From the NCBI RefSeq assembly GCF_001194135.2, contig NC_068981.1, forward strand, positions 191,754,315-191,818,314: DNA of 64,000 nt, read 5' to 3'. The notes under the pieces were generated by a model. It ran no database searches. It was not told where the DNA came from and saw only the letters and a list, made by a program, of their open reading frames with translations. Position 1 is the first letter of the stretch, and every line of letters starts with the position of its first letter. Positions 38,621 through 51,079 of this stretch are shown in pieces. This DNA comes from Octopus bimaculoides. Its lineage: Eukaryota. Made by a program: the position numbers and the translations under genes.

Positions 38621-41001
38621 ATAATAAATTAAGTATATATTAATTCAGGGATACCTGTATTTACTTAACATTTTGTGATTGGAATGTCTAGTAATTTTTC
38701 AAGATATTTGTTATTTGACAGAAAAAAAACATAATAAAATTAAATCAATAAGAATTCTTTTTAACTAATTTTATTGAAGTTTACCTAGTTAATTTTTAAT
38801 ATTAAAAAGTGTATGTTTTAAGTAAATTCTCAAATTTAAGGTCTAGTTATAATCAAGTATTGTTTTCTTTTATTCCACCCTTTCCTAGGGGCTTTGCCTT
38901 TTGGGGCAGGCAGTATTCCCTGGAAAGGGCTGCCCAGACACTCACATTGCTGCCTTGGCCTGCTGGTATTCAGGGTTCAGCACTGACTGACCATTGGGAC
39001 TAAGCTGCTTGTGTGCAGAACTCTTGCTAGCAGCTTCCAGTTATTTACACCGACTACTGTCACATTCACTCCATCACCAGAGGGATTTTCACTTCTCTGA
39101 ACAAAATGCCTTGGACAGTAAGGCAGTTGGCATCACTCCTCCACTCCTAACTGCTTCTCTAAGCCTCTGCACCAGGTACCAAGTGGTGTACAAAAATGTA
39201 ACAAGCATGGTTGACAATAGAGCTGCTCTGCAGTTGGTGCTACCTGTTGTCTGATGGTGCAGATCTTCCACTTGGCTGCAGTAACCTTCTACCTGTTGAT
39301 CTAGGACTCCTCTGACTTGTCAGTTATCCAATATCCTGCTGCTGACATCTTCATTATATCCCTGGCATGGGAGGCTAGCACTTGTCCAAGGTGCCATTCT
39401 GAGATGTAGACAGAAGAAGTGACTTACTCTCCCTTTTACAGCGTACCACTGATGTGGGTACTGTATGATCAAGCATATCACACTTGAGATCATTGATATA
39501 TTACATACAAGTGTGTATTTAAAATCTATTTGATTCATGAGAAAGCTGTTAACTTCTGATGAACTTGAATAACAGGTTAAATAACTTAACATATATTCAT
39601 ATATGTCACAGCAGTATAACTGTGCTTCTATTCTTCTGTTTATGATATTTTGATTTCTGCTTTTGACCTAAACATATGTCACGTATTGGTTTTCATGAAT
39701 ATTATTTGCAGCTTTGTCTGTGACTGCATTTAAATAATAAACACATTTAAACAATAAATACGTTTAGCTGAAATAATCCCAATCAATGCCAACATAGTCT
39801 AGCAAAGTCCTGGAACCATGAATAACAGCAATATGTTTATATCATCTATTTCTAGAGCAAACAGACCAACCAGTACTTTTAAATCATGGCTCCTGGTTGA
39901 CTGACAGTATAGGCAACATCTAATGGCTTGCACAAGTTTGGCACACTTGGAAGATGTGTATGTATAATATTGATTAGACTGTGTTAGAATGAAACAAACA
40001 TTTATGAATTGATTTTAATGAACTTTATTAAAAACAGATTTATAATATTCATACAATGATTTCATGAATCTATGGGATTATTGATGACAGTGTATAGTCA
40101 GTTACCATCATCATCCCTCTGCTTTCTGTACTGGTATGGGTTGGATGGGTCATTGTGGTCTAGATCAATTTTAAGTTTAACTACTTTTCTAAATGAGTCA
40201 GAGACTATGTCTTGCTTATTTATTTCATTTTGGTCTGGTGTTTAAGGCTGGACGTCCTTCCTCTCACCAGCTTTACAGAGTGTACTAGGTGCATTCTACC
40301 ATGGCACCAGTTCTGTAGAAGCTACATGCCTTTGCAAGGCTAAAGAGTTGTCTCTTGTTCATTCACCACCTGCTTTATCATTGCTACCAAATCCTAAAAA
40401 CTCTTTTTTGTTACTGTTACTCTCAGATATACATACAATTCCATCATCAAATTGAACTTCATTTTTTGTAATAAATCCATCTCTCTTAGAGTTAAACTGT
40501 TGCTTGGGTTTGACACTTGTTCATTTTCTTACTCAAAAAATTCCTTGCATAACAATTCAACAACTGCAATGGAAATATCAAAGTTTTTTTTTAATATTTA
40601 ATCACCATTTCACTTGGAGTACTTTCCCATACCTCTGTCACCTATTTGATATTTTGGCTTTGTTTTACTGACAGAGTATTGTCATTTCTATTCATGAACC
40701 TTGTACACCACCCAGCTGAACTGTGGAACTTTTGAGTTTAATATACTTACTTATATCCCTGAATAACTGGAACATTTTTGTTCTAATAGCCATGTAGCTA
40801 ACAACTAACGCATTCATATGAAATTCACTTACCCAAGGATGTAAATCTTTATCCAGTTCCTCATCAGGTGAAAGTATATCATAGAGCACATTTTGTTTTT
40901 GGCATTTTCTTGAGTGTTTCTTTTTGTTTCCACTAGTTACTCACTAATTTCTCTGACACACAAAACTCGCAACAATGTACTCTTCAATATATTCCACACC
41001 T

Positions 41002-41052
41002 GTCCAACCCATGCTAGCATGGAAAGCGGACGTTAAACGATGATGATGATGA
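41002..41052 (+). mobile_element. Extremely 5'-truncated young RTE tail
   Basis: 51 nt identical to 3199-3249, with CpGs intact. Confidence 0.85.
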
Positions 41053-41892
41053 CACAACTTAAAATCAACCTCATAAGTTGATCTATTGTCTTTAGTGGTC
41101 ATGTTTTAGTTTCTAGTCACCTTTTTCTATCAAAATAGAATGTTTTTAATACTTTTGCCAACAAATCTATGGATATACAAACAAGAAGTTTACACAGTTA
41201 TGTACAAATTGGTCACAGATGCCTTTGTTTTGTTGGAGAATTGCATTTTATTCAAGCAGTCATTTGTTTTCATGCATGACATTTCATGCATGACATGTAT
41301 AATTGTTTACTATGCAGACTTCATAGCATAACCAACCCACTCTGCATATGTCAGTGTGTGCTAGTCTGTACTGCAAATTTTGAGCTCAGAGCAAGGTCTG
41401 GTTGATAAATTGCATGCAGTTTTGCACATTCTTATTTTGAGTAATAAAAGTGTAAGCTACCTTGGTATTCGAAGTGTTGTTACCTCTGAAAAGGTGTTAT
41501 GTAACTTCATACCTTCAAGGACTTCCTATTTGATGAATGCTTCCTTAAATGTTGGAAGCTCTCCTGACTGTACTGTCCATTTGTCTGTAAATGAAGCTGC
41601 TCTTTTGGCCATGTGCGAGAAGCGTTCGAAGATGGAATTAATTTCTCTACATACCAAAGGCTTACTGAATACATCCTTGTGATAACATTGCTAGTTCACA
41701 TTCTCTATGTTCAGTTAGTATCTTTGATGGAACATAAACAGGATATCTTAATGACTATTCAGAAATCTCATGGGCACTGGCAATCACACTGATTTAGTTT
41801 TAACCCAGCAGCCAAATGTGTATCACAGTGATGACCTTGGTCAGCAGCTTGTTGTTGTTCTCTCTCTCTCTCTTGTTAAAATCTTTTTATTT

Positions 41893-42075
41893 TGGGGGAG
41901 TGGGGCCAGTTGATTAGATCAACTCCAGTACGCAACTGGTACTTAATTTATCGACCTCGAAAGGATGAAATGCAAAGTTGATCTCAGCAGAATTTGAACT
42001 CAGAACATAAAGACAGATGAAATACCGCTAAGCATTTCGCCCAGCATGCTAACGATTCTGCCAGCTCGCTACCTT
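41893..42075 (-). mobile_element. tRNA-derived SINE family A
   Basis: ggtacttaatttatcgacctcgaaaggatgaaa core and B-box gagttcaaattc on the minus strand. Confidence 0.85.
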
Positions 42076-42905
42076 AAAAAATTCTTTTCTACTCTAAGCA
42101 CAAGGCATCTCCCCAATATATTAAATTGCTGAACCATGTCATATGTATTTTAGAATTGTTGTGGTCTCCTTTGGCTCTCATTGTCTATTTTTCTCTTTTT
42201 TCTTTTTGATTCTCATCTAATCTTATGTTTCTTCATTCGTATTTTTACTTTTCACTTGTTCTGTTTCTCATATTTTTTAAAGATTTCACTCCTTTGTTAC
42301 TCGTTCATTTTACTTCTTTGTATTGTATCCTTTTATTCTCTTCTATTTCAGAGATTTTTTTCTTCTTCTCAAAGTTCATTATTCATGCTGTTTTGTGTAT
42401 TATGGTACATCTCTCTTATATTCTGCATCACATACTCTTTCTATATAACATAAATCTTCTCAGTTTTTGTCTGTTATATCTTTTGATCCTTTGTAAATTG
42501 CTGATTCAATTTTCTTGACACTCTTCTTCTAATAGATGTTCACTTTGTCATCTTTGATGTTCTCTTGCTTGTTGTAGCAACATAGAAATGAAAAAAGAAG
42601 TTTTAAAACTTTAACAGTTTCATGCTTATTAGGTAAAACAATGTGTTGGTGTTTGGAATGGAAGTATATCTTCCTGGAGTCAGTATTCACATGTGAAATA
42701 CAACAACTAACAAAAAATATAGTACTGCCGCAAATATATAACTGTTGCTCTTTAGCTTTATCGAATGGGGCCACCATTTAGCAGTATGGCATTTATAAAT
42801 GGATAGTTGCATGGCAGATACATGTGACAAATCAATGTATATACATATGTATGCAGTCAAAATAGGATGCACTATTTTGATTATTTCTGTGTTGTTTTTC
42901 TTTTT

Positions 42906-42942
<37 letters not shown>

Positions 42943-42984
42943 GGTGGGGGCAGAGGATATTTTTCTGAGATAGCATGACTTATC

Positions 42985-43100
42985 AACCCCAGTGCATAAC
43001 TGGTACTTATTTAATCAACCCTTCAGTGGAATTTGAATTCAGAATGTAAAGACAGATGAAATACCGCTACGCATTTCACCCGGTGTGCTAACATTTCTGC
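42985..43100 (-). mobile_element. SINE family A, internally deleted
   Basis: Same head as 41893-42075. Confidence 0.75.
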
Positions 43101-44304
43101 CAGCTCACCACCTTTCAGAAATGAAATATTGATCTATGTATGTAAAGTCTTGGCAAATTAATAACAACAGCACAATACTTCAGGTGATTATTTAAGAAAA
43201 TCATGTGAAAAGTACCCTCTCAGTAATCTGTAAGTAATAGGCAGATACATATTATACTATGTGCACACTGCAGTTATTGATGTTGTGCATAAGCTCACAT
43301 TGTGCTAAATGTGGATATGCATGCATTCTGAAGTAACTTGTTTTTATTTTTTATACTGTAATAAATTATATTTCTTAATTTAGTTATACTGTTCTTTCTC
43401 TTTGAATAATGATTTTTTCCCTTAGGATAAATAGTATAATGTTTACCATTCTTTTCAATTTTGACATATGATCATGAAGTGAAGTTATATATTCAGATGA
43501 GTAAATGAAACATTTGTTTTTAGTCTTGAATGATGAAGTTGATTCTGTTTAATGTAGTTCTTACACATTTTTTAAAAAATAGTTATCAAAGACAGTATTA
43601 TTAAATTATTTTTTTATATCATAAATTTTAATCCAATACAAGTAAATGTCCAGATGATAGTAAAATTGCCTAAAAGGTTCCACCAGTAGCTTTCTGTAAA
43701 GTGTCTTCCATATAGGTATAGCTATTTAAATGCTCCCATATGAAATTGCTGTATTGCTGGTGTATTTTATTATGATGTCCATTGTGCAATGAGTTGGTAG
43801 TGTACTTGGCTCACAATCCTTACTGGTTTGAAGTCTCATGATATGCGCTCTTCTCTAGTATGAAAAAAAAAAAAAAAAAAAAAAAGGAGGACTGAGTAAC
43901 TTCCTTTATACCTAAAGCATGATATGCTGACTATAGATGTTGGGCTTTGTCTGGTGAACATGGTATGTAATTTTCTTGATTTCTTTCTAATTCATTTCAT
44001 TGCCAACTGAGGATCTTATAACATGCCTAACTGAACAGCTAGGTTATTGGTACTTATGCTGAATATTTAGTCAGTTATAAGTGTTAATCTGTTATATCTG
44101 CGTTATTTCTTCTTTACTTTTTCTTTGATTTGCATATGTTTAGTTCATTGTTCTAGTTCTCAAGTATTTGTGGTCTAATTCTCTTATCTTTGTCTAGTCT
44201 CTTTATTTATGTATGCTTTGTTTTCAGTTTTCTCTAATTAAAGTGTCCTTGGCTTTTTTTCCCCTTACATGCATACGTGCACTGTGTTGTTGTTGCCGCT
44301 GCTG

Positions 44305-44530
44305 CTAAGGTGGTGGCAAGCTGGCAGAATTGTTAGCACACCAGGCAAAATGCTTAGTGGCATTTTGTTCATCCTTACGTTTTGAGTTCAAATTCCACTG
44401 AGGTCAACTTTATCTTTCATCCTTCCGGGGTCAATAAAATAGGTATTAGTTGAGTACTGGGGTTGATGTAACTGACTAGCTCCCTCCCCCAAAGTTTCAG
44501 GTCTTGTGCCTATAGAAGAAAGAATGATTA
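44305..44530 (+). mobile_element. tRNA-derived SINE family A
   Basis: agctggcagaattgttagc A-box, gagttcaaattcc B-box, ctttcatccttccggggtcaataaaatagg core. Confidence 0.85.
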
Positions 44531-45859
44531 TTATTATTAATTGCATTTGGGTGCGAGTTTTTTTCTTTTAAGGATTTTTGTTAATTTATAGTTTATTCTA
44601 CAATACAGTTTCCTGTAAGAATATTCCCAACTACATGCATTAATTAAAATTGAAGACAATATTGTAAAACCAAATAATTTACTAATGTGATTATATTCTC
44701 ATCCTTATAATATACAATTAAGTAGGAAATAACAAGTGGGTATATATGATATAATATAAACTAAAGGCTGATATTAAATTTTACCGATCTATTATAGAGA
44801 GCAGTTCATTTAATGTGGTATATCTATAAACTGAATTAATTACTGAAGTTACACAAATACTGAGCATTATGTATATATTATGAGGAGCAAATTTTACACA
44901 AGTAAAAAGATTAGTTATTTTTAGTTTTACTTCAAAACTAGGAGCAAATTCTCACGGTTGTTGTGACATCCTTTATTGAGACACATTGTACTACTTGCAT
45001 TAGTCACCTTTGTGGAAAATGAATAACTCAGTTTATGACAAAGTGAACAGACCATAAACCACATTTTCTGATGGAACCAACCTGAAATCTGTTGCATGAT
45101 TTTTCAGTGTCTTACAATAAGATCTATTGTAGGATACTGAGTTTTGGGTATATTATAAAACAGAAATTTGGGTATATTAATTGAAACATTTAAAGAACAT
45201 TCATATAGCTTGAGTAGGAATCACAACTTAAAATGTGCTCTGAACTTGTAACTGGTAATTGTTAAAGTAGCTAAGTAGCTATTGAGTTTAAAAAGGAAAT
45301 TTTAACATCCTGATTGCCAGTTTGAACCTGGGTCATGACAAAATGAGTCATAACTTATTCAAGTGAAGATTAAAAAATAAAATAATTATTGATGATGATG
45401 ATAATAATCGTTTTAATGTCAACTTTTCCATGCTTGCATTGGTCTGTAAATTTTTATAAGCATAACAGCTTCTGTATCGAATGAATACTAGATTTAGGAT
45501 GACAATGCTTACATTGATACATCTTAATGAAAATAATTTTAAATTTAAGAAACATTTAAATACAATTTTTATTGTTAAAAGCTTAAATCTTTTAATAAAA
45601 AATTATACTACACACATTCACACACATCCATCTTTTTTTGTTTGTTGTTTGTTCTTTTGTTTGTTTCCAATCAAACATGAAATTGAAGTTATAATAGTGC
45701 AACATATTTTATTTTATTTTCTGAAGAAAATGGTTAACTATGACTTCATAGTTTCAGTCATGTAGTTTTCATTATCTCTTGTCTAATATTTATTGCTGTA
45801 CACCATCTCTTTCTTTTCTTTTAATCTAGTTTTAGTTTTTGTTTAGAAAGCTCTAATTC

Positions 45860-45895
<36 letters not shown>

Positions 45896-46071
45896 NNNNN
45901 NNNNNNNNNNNNNNNNNNNNNNNNNNNNNNNNNNNNNNNNNNNNNNNNNNNNNNNNNNNNNNNNNNNNNNNATTTATTTTAAAGAACCTCCAAAAACAAC
46001 TTTGTCAATCTGAACACTTTCGACTATTCACACTGAAGTTTATACATACATTTAGTAGCTAGTCATGCTAC

Positions 46072-46114
46072 TTCAGGCTGATGACGAGCAAAAACTCAGA
46101 AACATGTCCCTGAA
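46072..46114 (+). ncRNA. Minimal type I hammerhead ribozyme motif, second family
   Basis: UUCAGG-CUGAUGA-C-GAG-caaaaa-CUC-A-GAAA-CAUG-UC^CCUGAA: 6-bp stem I, palindromic CAUG stem III, GUC cleavage triplet. Confidence 0.7.
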
Positions 46115-46335
46115 TGCAGGCTAGGCTGGGTGGATGTGCTTGTCTCCCCTTTGTAAACATAAGAACACAGGAAATGTGTCAAGGCCGACAGGAAGCGGTG
46201 CAGCTTCCTAGGGATAAATAGCAGTAGTATGATTCCCCTATTGGGACTGTCACGTTAAGTTGACAGTATACAACTACTTTATCGTAACACTGCTTAAGTC
46301 TCTCTTTGAGATTTAGAAATAGATAATTTCTAATT

Positions 46336-46336
46336 C

Positions 46337-46386
<50 letters not shown>
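46336..46386. repeat. (TA)n microsatellite
   Basis: Direct reading. Confidence 0.95.
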
Positions 46387-46389
<3 letters not shown>

Positions 46390-46589
46390 GACATTTCTGT
46401 CTGTGCTGGTGGCATGTAAAAAGCACCCGCTACATTCTCAAAATGGTTGGCATTAAGAAGGGCAACCAGCTGTAGAAACCTTGCCAAATCAGATATGAAC
46501 CGGGTGCAGCCTTCTGGCTTACCAGTCCTCAGTCAAACTGTCCAACCCATGCCAGCATGGAAAGCGGACATTAAACAATGATGATGATC
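46390..46589 (+). mobile_element. RTE 3' UTR with (GAT)n tail
   Basis: Homologous to 3060-3253. Confidence 0.85.
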
Positions 46590-47960
46590 TCTTAGTTTAT
46601 ACTCTAGAGTGGTTGGTTGGTTGGCTGTTTAACTGGTTTACTACATTGTTGTTTCACATTTTATACTTCATATATAGAACAATTTGTAGTTTTGAAGAGA
46701 TTTTTCATTTAGATGTTAGGATTTTTGTTTTTCATATAATCTGAGATTGTATGATAACAGTTGAAGGTGGTTACACCTGAATCAAAGCATGCTAAGTCCC
46801 AACACAAAATGTGTTTTGCTAATCTTAGTATTGAGAAATCTATTGTTTTGAGATCCTATAATCAGCCCCCTTTCTTATGACTAAGTTCTCTGATAGTTGA
46901 CCGACTGTTTTGATATATTTTGACATTTCCTTTTTAAAATCAAATCATTAAATTTACATCTCTTTGCATTACTTTTGGCTGGTACTTTATCAATGCTGGA
47001 GGGATGAAAAACATGATACTGAAGTCAATTTTGACTTCAGTATGACTCCTCTGGGGTCAAAGTCCCAGTCAAATACTGGGGTCAGTGATATTAACTAATC
47101 CACTCCTCTCAATTTCAAGGCTGTCTAAATCAGAAACTATTATTTTGAAGAGTGACATTCTTTGCATGCTTCTACATTAATGAAAGATATCTTATTGAAA
47201 ATTATTCAAATTATTTTTGCTAGATGCATTTGAAATATGAACATTTCTCAAAGATATTCTATAACTTCGATTTTATTTCTATTTCACTCTGTTTCCTTCT
47301 CTTCTCTATTAGATTATCTAAGTTTTTGAAAATTGTCAAAAGTTGAAATGTTCTCTTTAAAACAGTACCAACTTAAAACTTAAATAAAGTTCTGGGTGTT
47401 ATTTAGTTGCAAAACCTACCTTCCAGAAGAATTTTGAATTGATTTTAAACTTGTTGGTAATAATTCTAATGATGTCTGAAATTCTACCATAAACATAGCA
47501 TCTGAAAGATACTAGAATTTCCTTTTTAATAGTGAGAGGCTACTGTAAAACATTTGTTCATGTTTTAGTTGGAAAGTGTCATATGCTGGACAAATGCCAA
47601 TGATGATGAGTTTCATTGTCAGCTGCATTGACATCAATGCTATAATTTGTTTTTGGTATTGACACTCTTGGCTATATTATTGAAATATAAATGTGCTTGG
47701 CTGCCAATGTCCTATGTAGCTGTATAGGCTCTGAAAATCTCTTAGGTTGCTTATCTAATTTCTCCTTATGGAATATCATCAATTTACATTTATTTTATTT
47801 AAAAGTCAGTAATTATGTATTGTCTGTGAAGAAGCATAAATCTCATATTGTGACTTTTGAACTTGGTTTGAGTTTCTTGTTTGAATCAGAAAGTTGTAGT
47901 TCCTGACAAAAATATTTTAAGATTTTCATTTGTGCAAAACAAAGAATTTTTCAAAGTTGC

Positions 47961-48034
47961 TTTTCAAATTCCATTAAATATTTTCATTTTCAATTCCATT
48001 AAATATTTTCATTTTCAATTCCATTAAATATTTT
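47961..48034. repeat. 25-bp tandem repeat, about 3 copies
   Basis: aattccattaaatattttcattttc begins at 47967, 47992 and 48017. Confidence 0.9.
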
Positions 48035-48189
48035 ATTGTAACTCCACCTTCAGGTAGAAGACACTTGCCTAAGGTATCATGCAGTGAGATCCAACCTGAT
48101 TTTGTGTAGTGTCAAAACAATCTTTCTACTCAGACAGCTGTGTTTGTATCAAAGATCCTCACTGCTGTCTCAAAATATTGAAGATAGCA

Positions 48190-48410
48190 AGATAGCATTC
48201 AGATAACTCCATCAAATGTAATGTTTATTTATTCATATTGTCTTGAATTAATCGCGCATTATCTCATAGCTTCAAGATTTCAATGATGTGTTTGTATATT
48301 TTTAGAATGATATTGTAGGGCAGGTGAGAGAGGCCAAATTTGGCCATTTTGAACATAAATAGGAAGAAAATTTAGGCCAAATATGGTCAGTTTAAATGTT
48401 AAAGGGTTAA
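48190..48410. mobile_element. piggyBac-like MITE, family P1
   Basis: tagcattcag ... aaagggttaa. Homologous to 7203-7437. Confidence 0.75.
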
Positions 48411-50377
48411 TTATTAATTACTAAGCAAAATAACAGAATTTTGTTGTTGTCATTGTCATTCCAAATACTACCATAGAAAGTTATTTTGATATTAAATCTG
48501 CCTATCCTCTCTGCTTACATAATGGACATGCTGTTTAAAAAAAAAAAAGGCACTCAGATACATGAAAAGTAAAATCCAATAGAAATATGTTCTCATACAT
48601 AGTTACATAGCAACTTAATTTCTTTCAGACATAAGTTGGAAGAAAATACATTCAAATGCTGACCAACAAATGTAGAGAAAAATTTCCTTCAGTTTATTTT
48701 TATATTGACTTTTTGGTTTATATTTGGATAAAAACTTTTCCCAGCTATGTATTGAATAGATAGGGATGTACAATTTTATGTAATCTAGCCTTGTCCATTA
48801 CTGCAATATCTGGCCTCCTACTTCATTCTGATGTTAAAAACCCAAAGAATCCTTGTTTTTAGAATGCATTATTCTGTCAGGCAACAGATATTTGTATTAT
48901 GAACAACTCATTGTTATGAACAAGTTACACAACTTTAAAATGTCCCCTAAGCCAGTTTCATATATTTGCTCATCTTTAAGTGCTATACCTTTATGCTTTT
49001 TCATTCAATTTCTATATAATGAGAATTTTTTTCTGTATGGAACTTTATTTGTTCTGAAATCTTTTAATTAGGCCAGCTGCTGCAAAACTTAATGTTTCAG
49101 TCGCAATTCTTTGGTGTGATTTTGTTATCCATAACCATGATTTTACATATCTATTACAAATGTTTCATTGAGATGGTTACTCTATTTTTATACACTCCCC
49201 CAAAAGATTATCTTTACTAAACATTTTTTTAATCATCATCATATGTTTGCTTTCCATGGTGGCATGGGTAGGGCAGTTTGACCAGGAACCAGTAAGCTGC
49301 AAGGCTGCATTGAGCCCTAATATAACCTTTGGCATGGTTTCTACAGCTGGATACCCTTCCTAAAATTCCAACATGAGTTTTCACTGATAAAATCCATCTC
49401 TATTCTGTTTATAAAGATGTTGAATATGCTTGTTATTTAAGACAGCTGTAAAACAACTACAGTTTAGTATACAGTTGTATTGTTATTCTGTAGTCATTGT
49501 GGAGACTGCAACACTATACTTTTGTCTGTAGTCTGTTACAGGCTGGGAATCATTTACCAAATATGTACTGTTATTCAATATAAAAGTTGTTAAAGTGTTT
49601 CTTTCTTCACCCCCCCCCCTCTCTCTTGGTCTTTGACATTTAATTCTTCTCTCAACTGAATCTTACCTATGTTTGTTACACCATTGTGTACATGTTAATA
49701 TTGTAGTTCAAATGTGGATTTTCTACAGTTGCATCATATTTTTATTATAGTCATCATTGAAAAGTAGTTCTTGTTGGACAGAACATTTTCAATTTATTTC
49801 ATTTACATTAAGCTACATTATATAATGTACAAATTAAAGTAACAAAATAGTATTAATTGCTTCAGTTAGTTTTTTTTCTCCACCACTTCAAAATACAATT
49901 TTCAATTTTCTTTTAAATTGAAAATCATTGCAAATTTTTGAAATCTCTTTTAGCCATACCATATGAACGTATGAAAACAAAATCCTTTACTATGTAAACT
50001 GCCTATTGAAATAACTATTTTCTTATCTGGAAGAGAAAATGGATATATTACTATAAAATTTTAAAATAAATGTAGGAAAGTAATGGATTAATAAAAATAT
50101 GAGTTTTTATTAATGCCTAAAACTTCAGTAAATGGTAGGATAAAAGACTATTTTTATTACAGTTGAGCCAGACCTCAAATGTTAATATTTCTTTTAGTTT
50201 TTTTCTTATAAATAAAATCATCTTTATGTTATTAAAAAAATGATGAAAGCAGGAAAATATATTTTTAACTTTTGCAAAGAATATGTATCTTTCAATTTAA
50301 GTATAAGATGTTGTTTGTTTCCAGTTTATGTATATAGTCAAACAAATCTCAGTTTTACTATTGATCTTTATTTACAG

Positions 50378-50449
50378 CTCGAGACAAAGGACAGATAAGC
50401 AGAATTAAAAAGCTGAAGAGAAGAATATCTGCAAGTTTTGGACGCTTGA
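50378..50449 (+). CDS. CDK14: CDK14/PFTAIRE (Eip63E-like) kinase N-terminal exon, 72 nt, phase 1-1
   Basis: tttatttacag|CT...TTGA|gtaagt. Encodes RDKGQISRIKKLKRRISASFGRL, resembling (from memory) Drosophila Eip63E KLKKRLSHSFGRLTIS and human CDK14 KMKKLRRTLSESFSRI. PCTAIRE-type CDKs share a weaker version of this motif. Confidence 0.85.
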
Positions 50450-51079
50450 GTAAGTATTGTTTTTATTGTCAAGCAATATCACAATGTAAATACATTTTCT
50501 TGTACAATGAAACTAGATAATCTTACTTCTAACATTTCAACATTCTGAGGGAAGTTTCTGTGGGCTAGAGTTATCTTGTGTTCATCTCTCCTCTTTTATC
50601 ATGGTAATTTGATAGAAAACAAAAACAAAAACAAAAGTGATGCACAGATCAACTTCATGCACTTTGTAAATGGAACAAATGATAGATTCATTGACACCAA
50701 ACTTGCAGCCCACAGCAGCGAAGCTTACATCTCTACCTTTTTCTGTAGAGAATACATTTGTCTGGCACTTAGGTATTTTTTTCTGTTCACTAACCACATG
50801 TTGATGGGTTCGAGTACATAGACCATGGATATTCATTGCATTCTGGGTAGCTGAGCATTGTTGGTGGTTACTGGGGCATGCTTTTCTGATACACACAGAA
50901 TCTTTGACTGATCACTAACCTGTGGTATCACAGATCAATCTGTGATAAGTGTAACCTGGTTCACAATCGAGCATACTGTTTTATCTTGGATCATGATTAA
51001 TAAATTGGTTACATGTTCTATAGTGGTAAATTCCTAGAAAGCTGTGTTTGTGATATGTTTTCAGTCTCTGGTTCTGATC

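Noticed and set aside
50576-50821. 81-aa ORF just after the 72-nt exon
   Set aside because: The only plausible donor (AG|gtattt) is out of phase with exon 61210 and gives an immediate stop.
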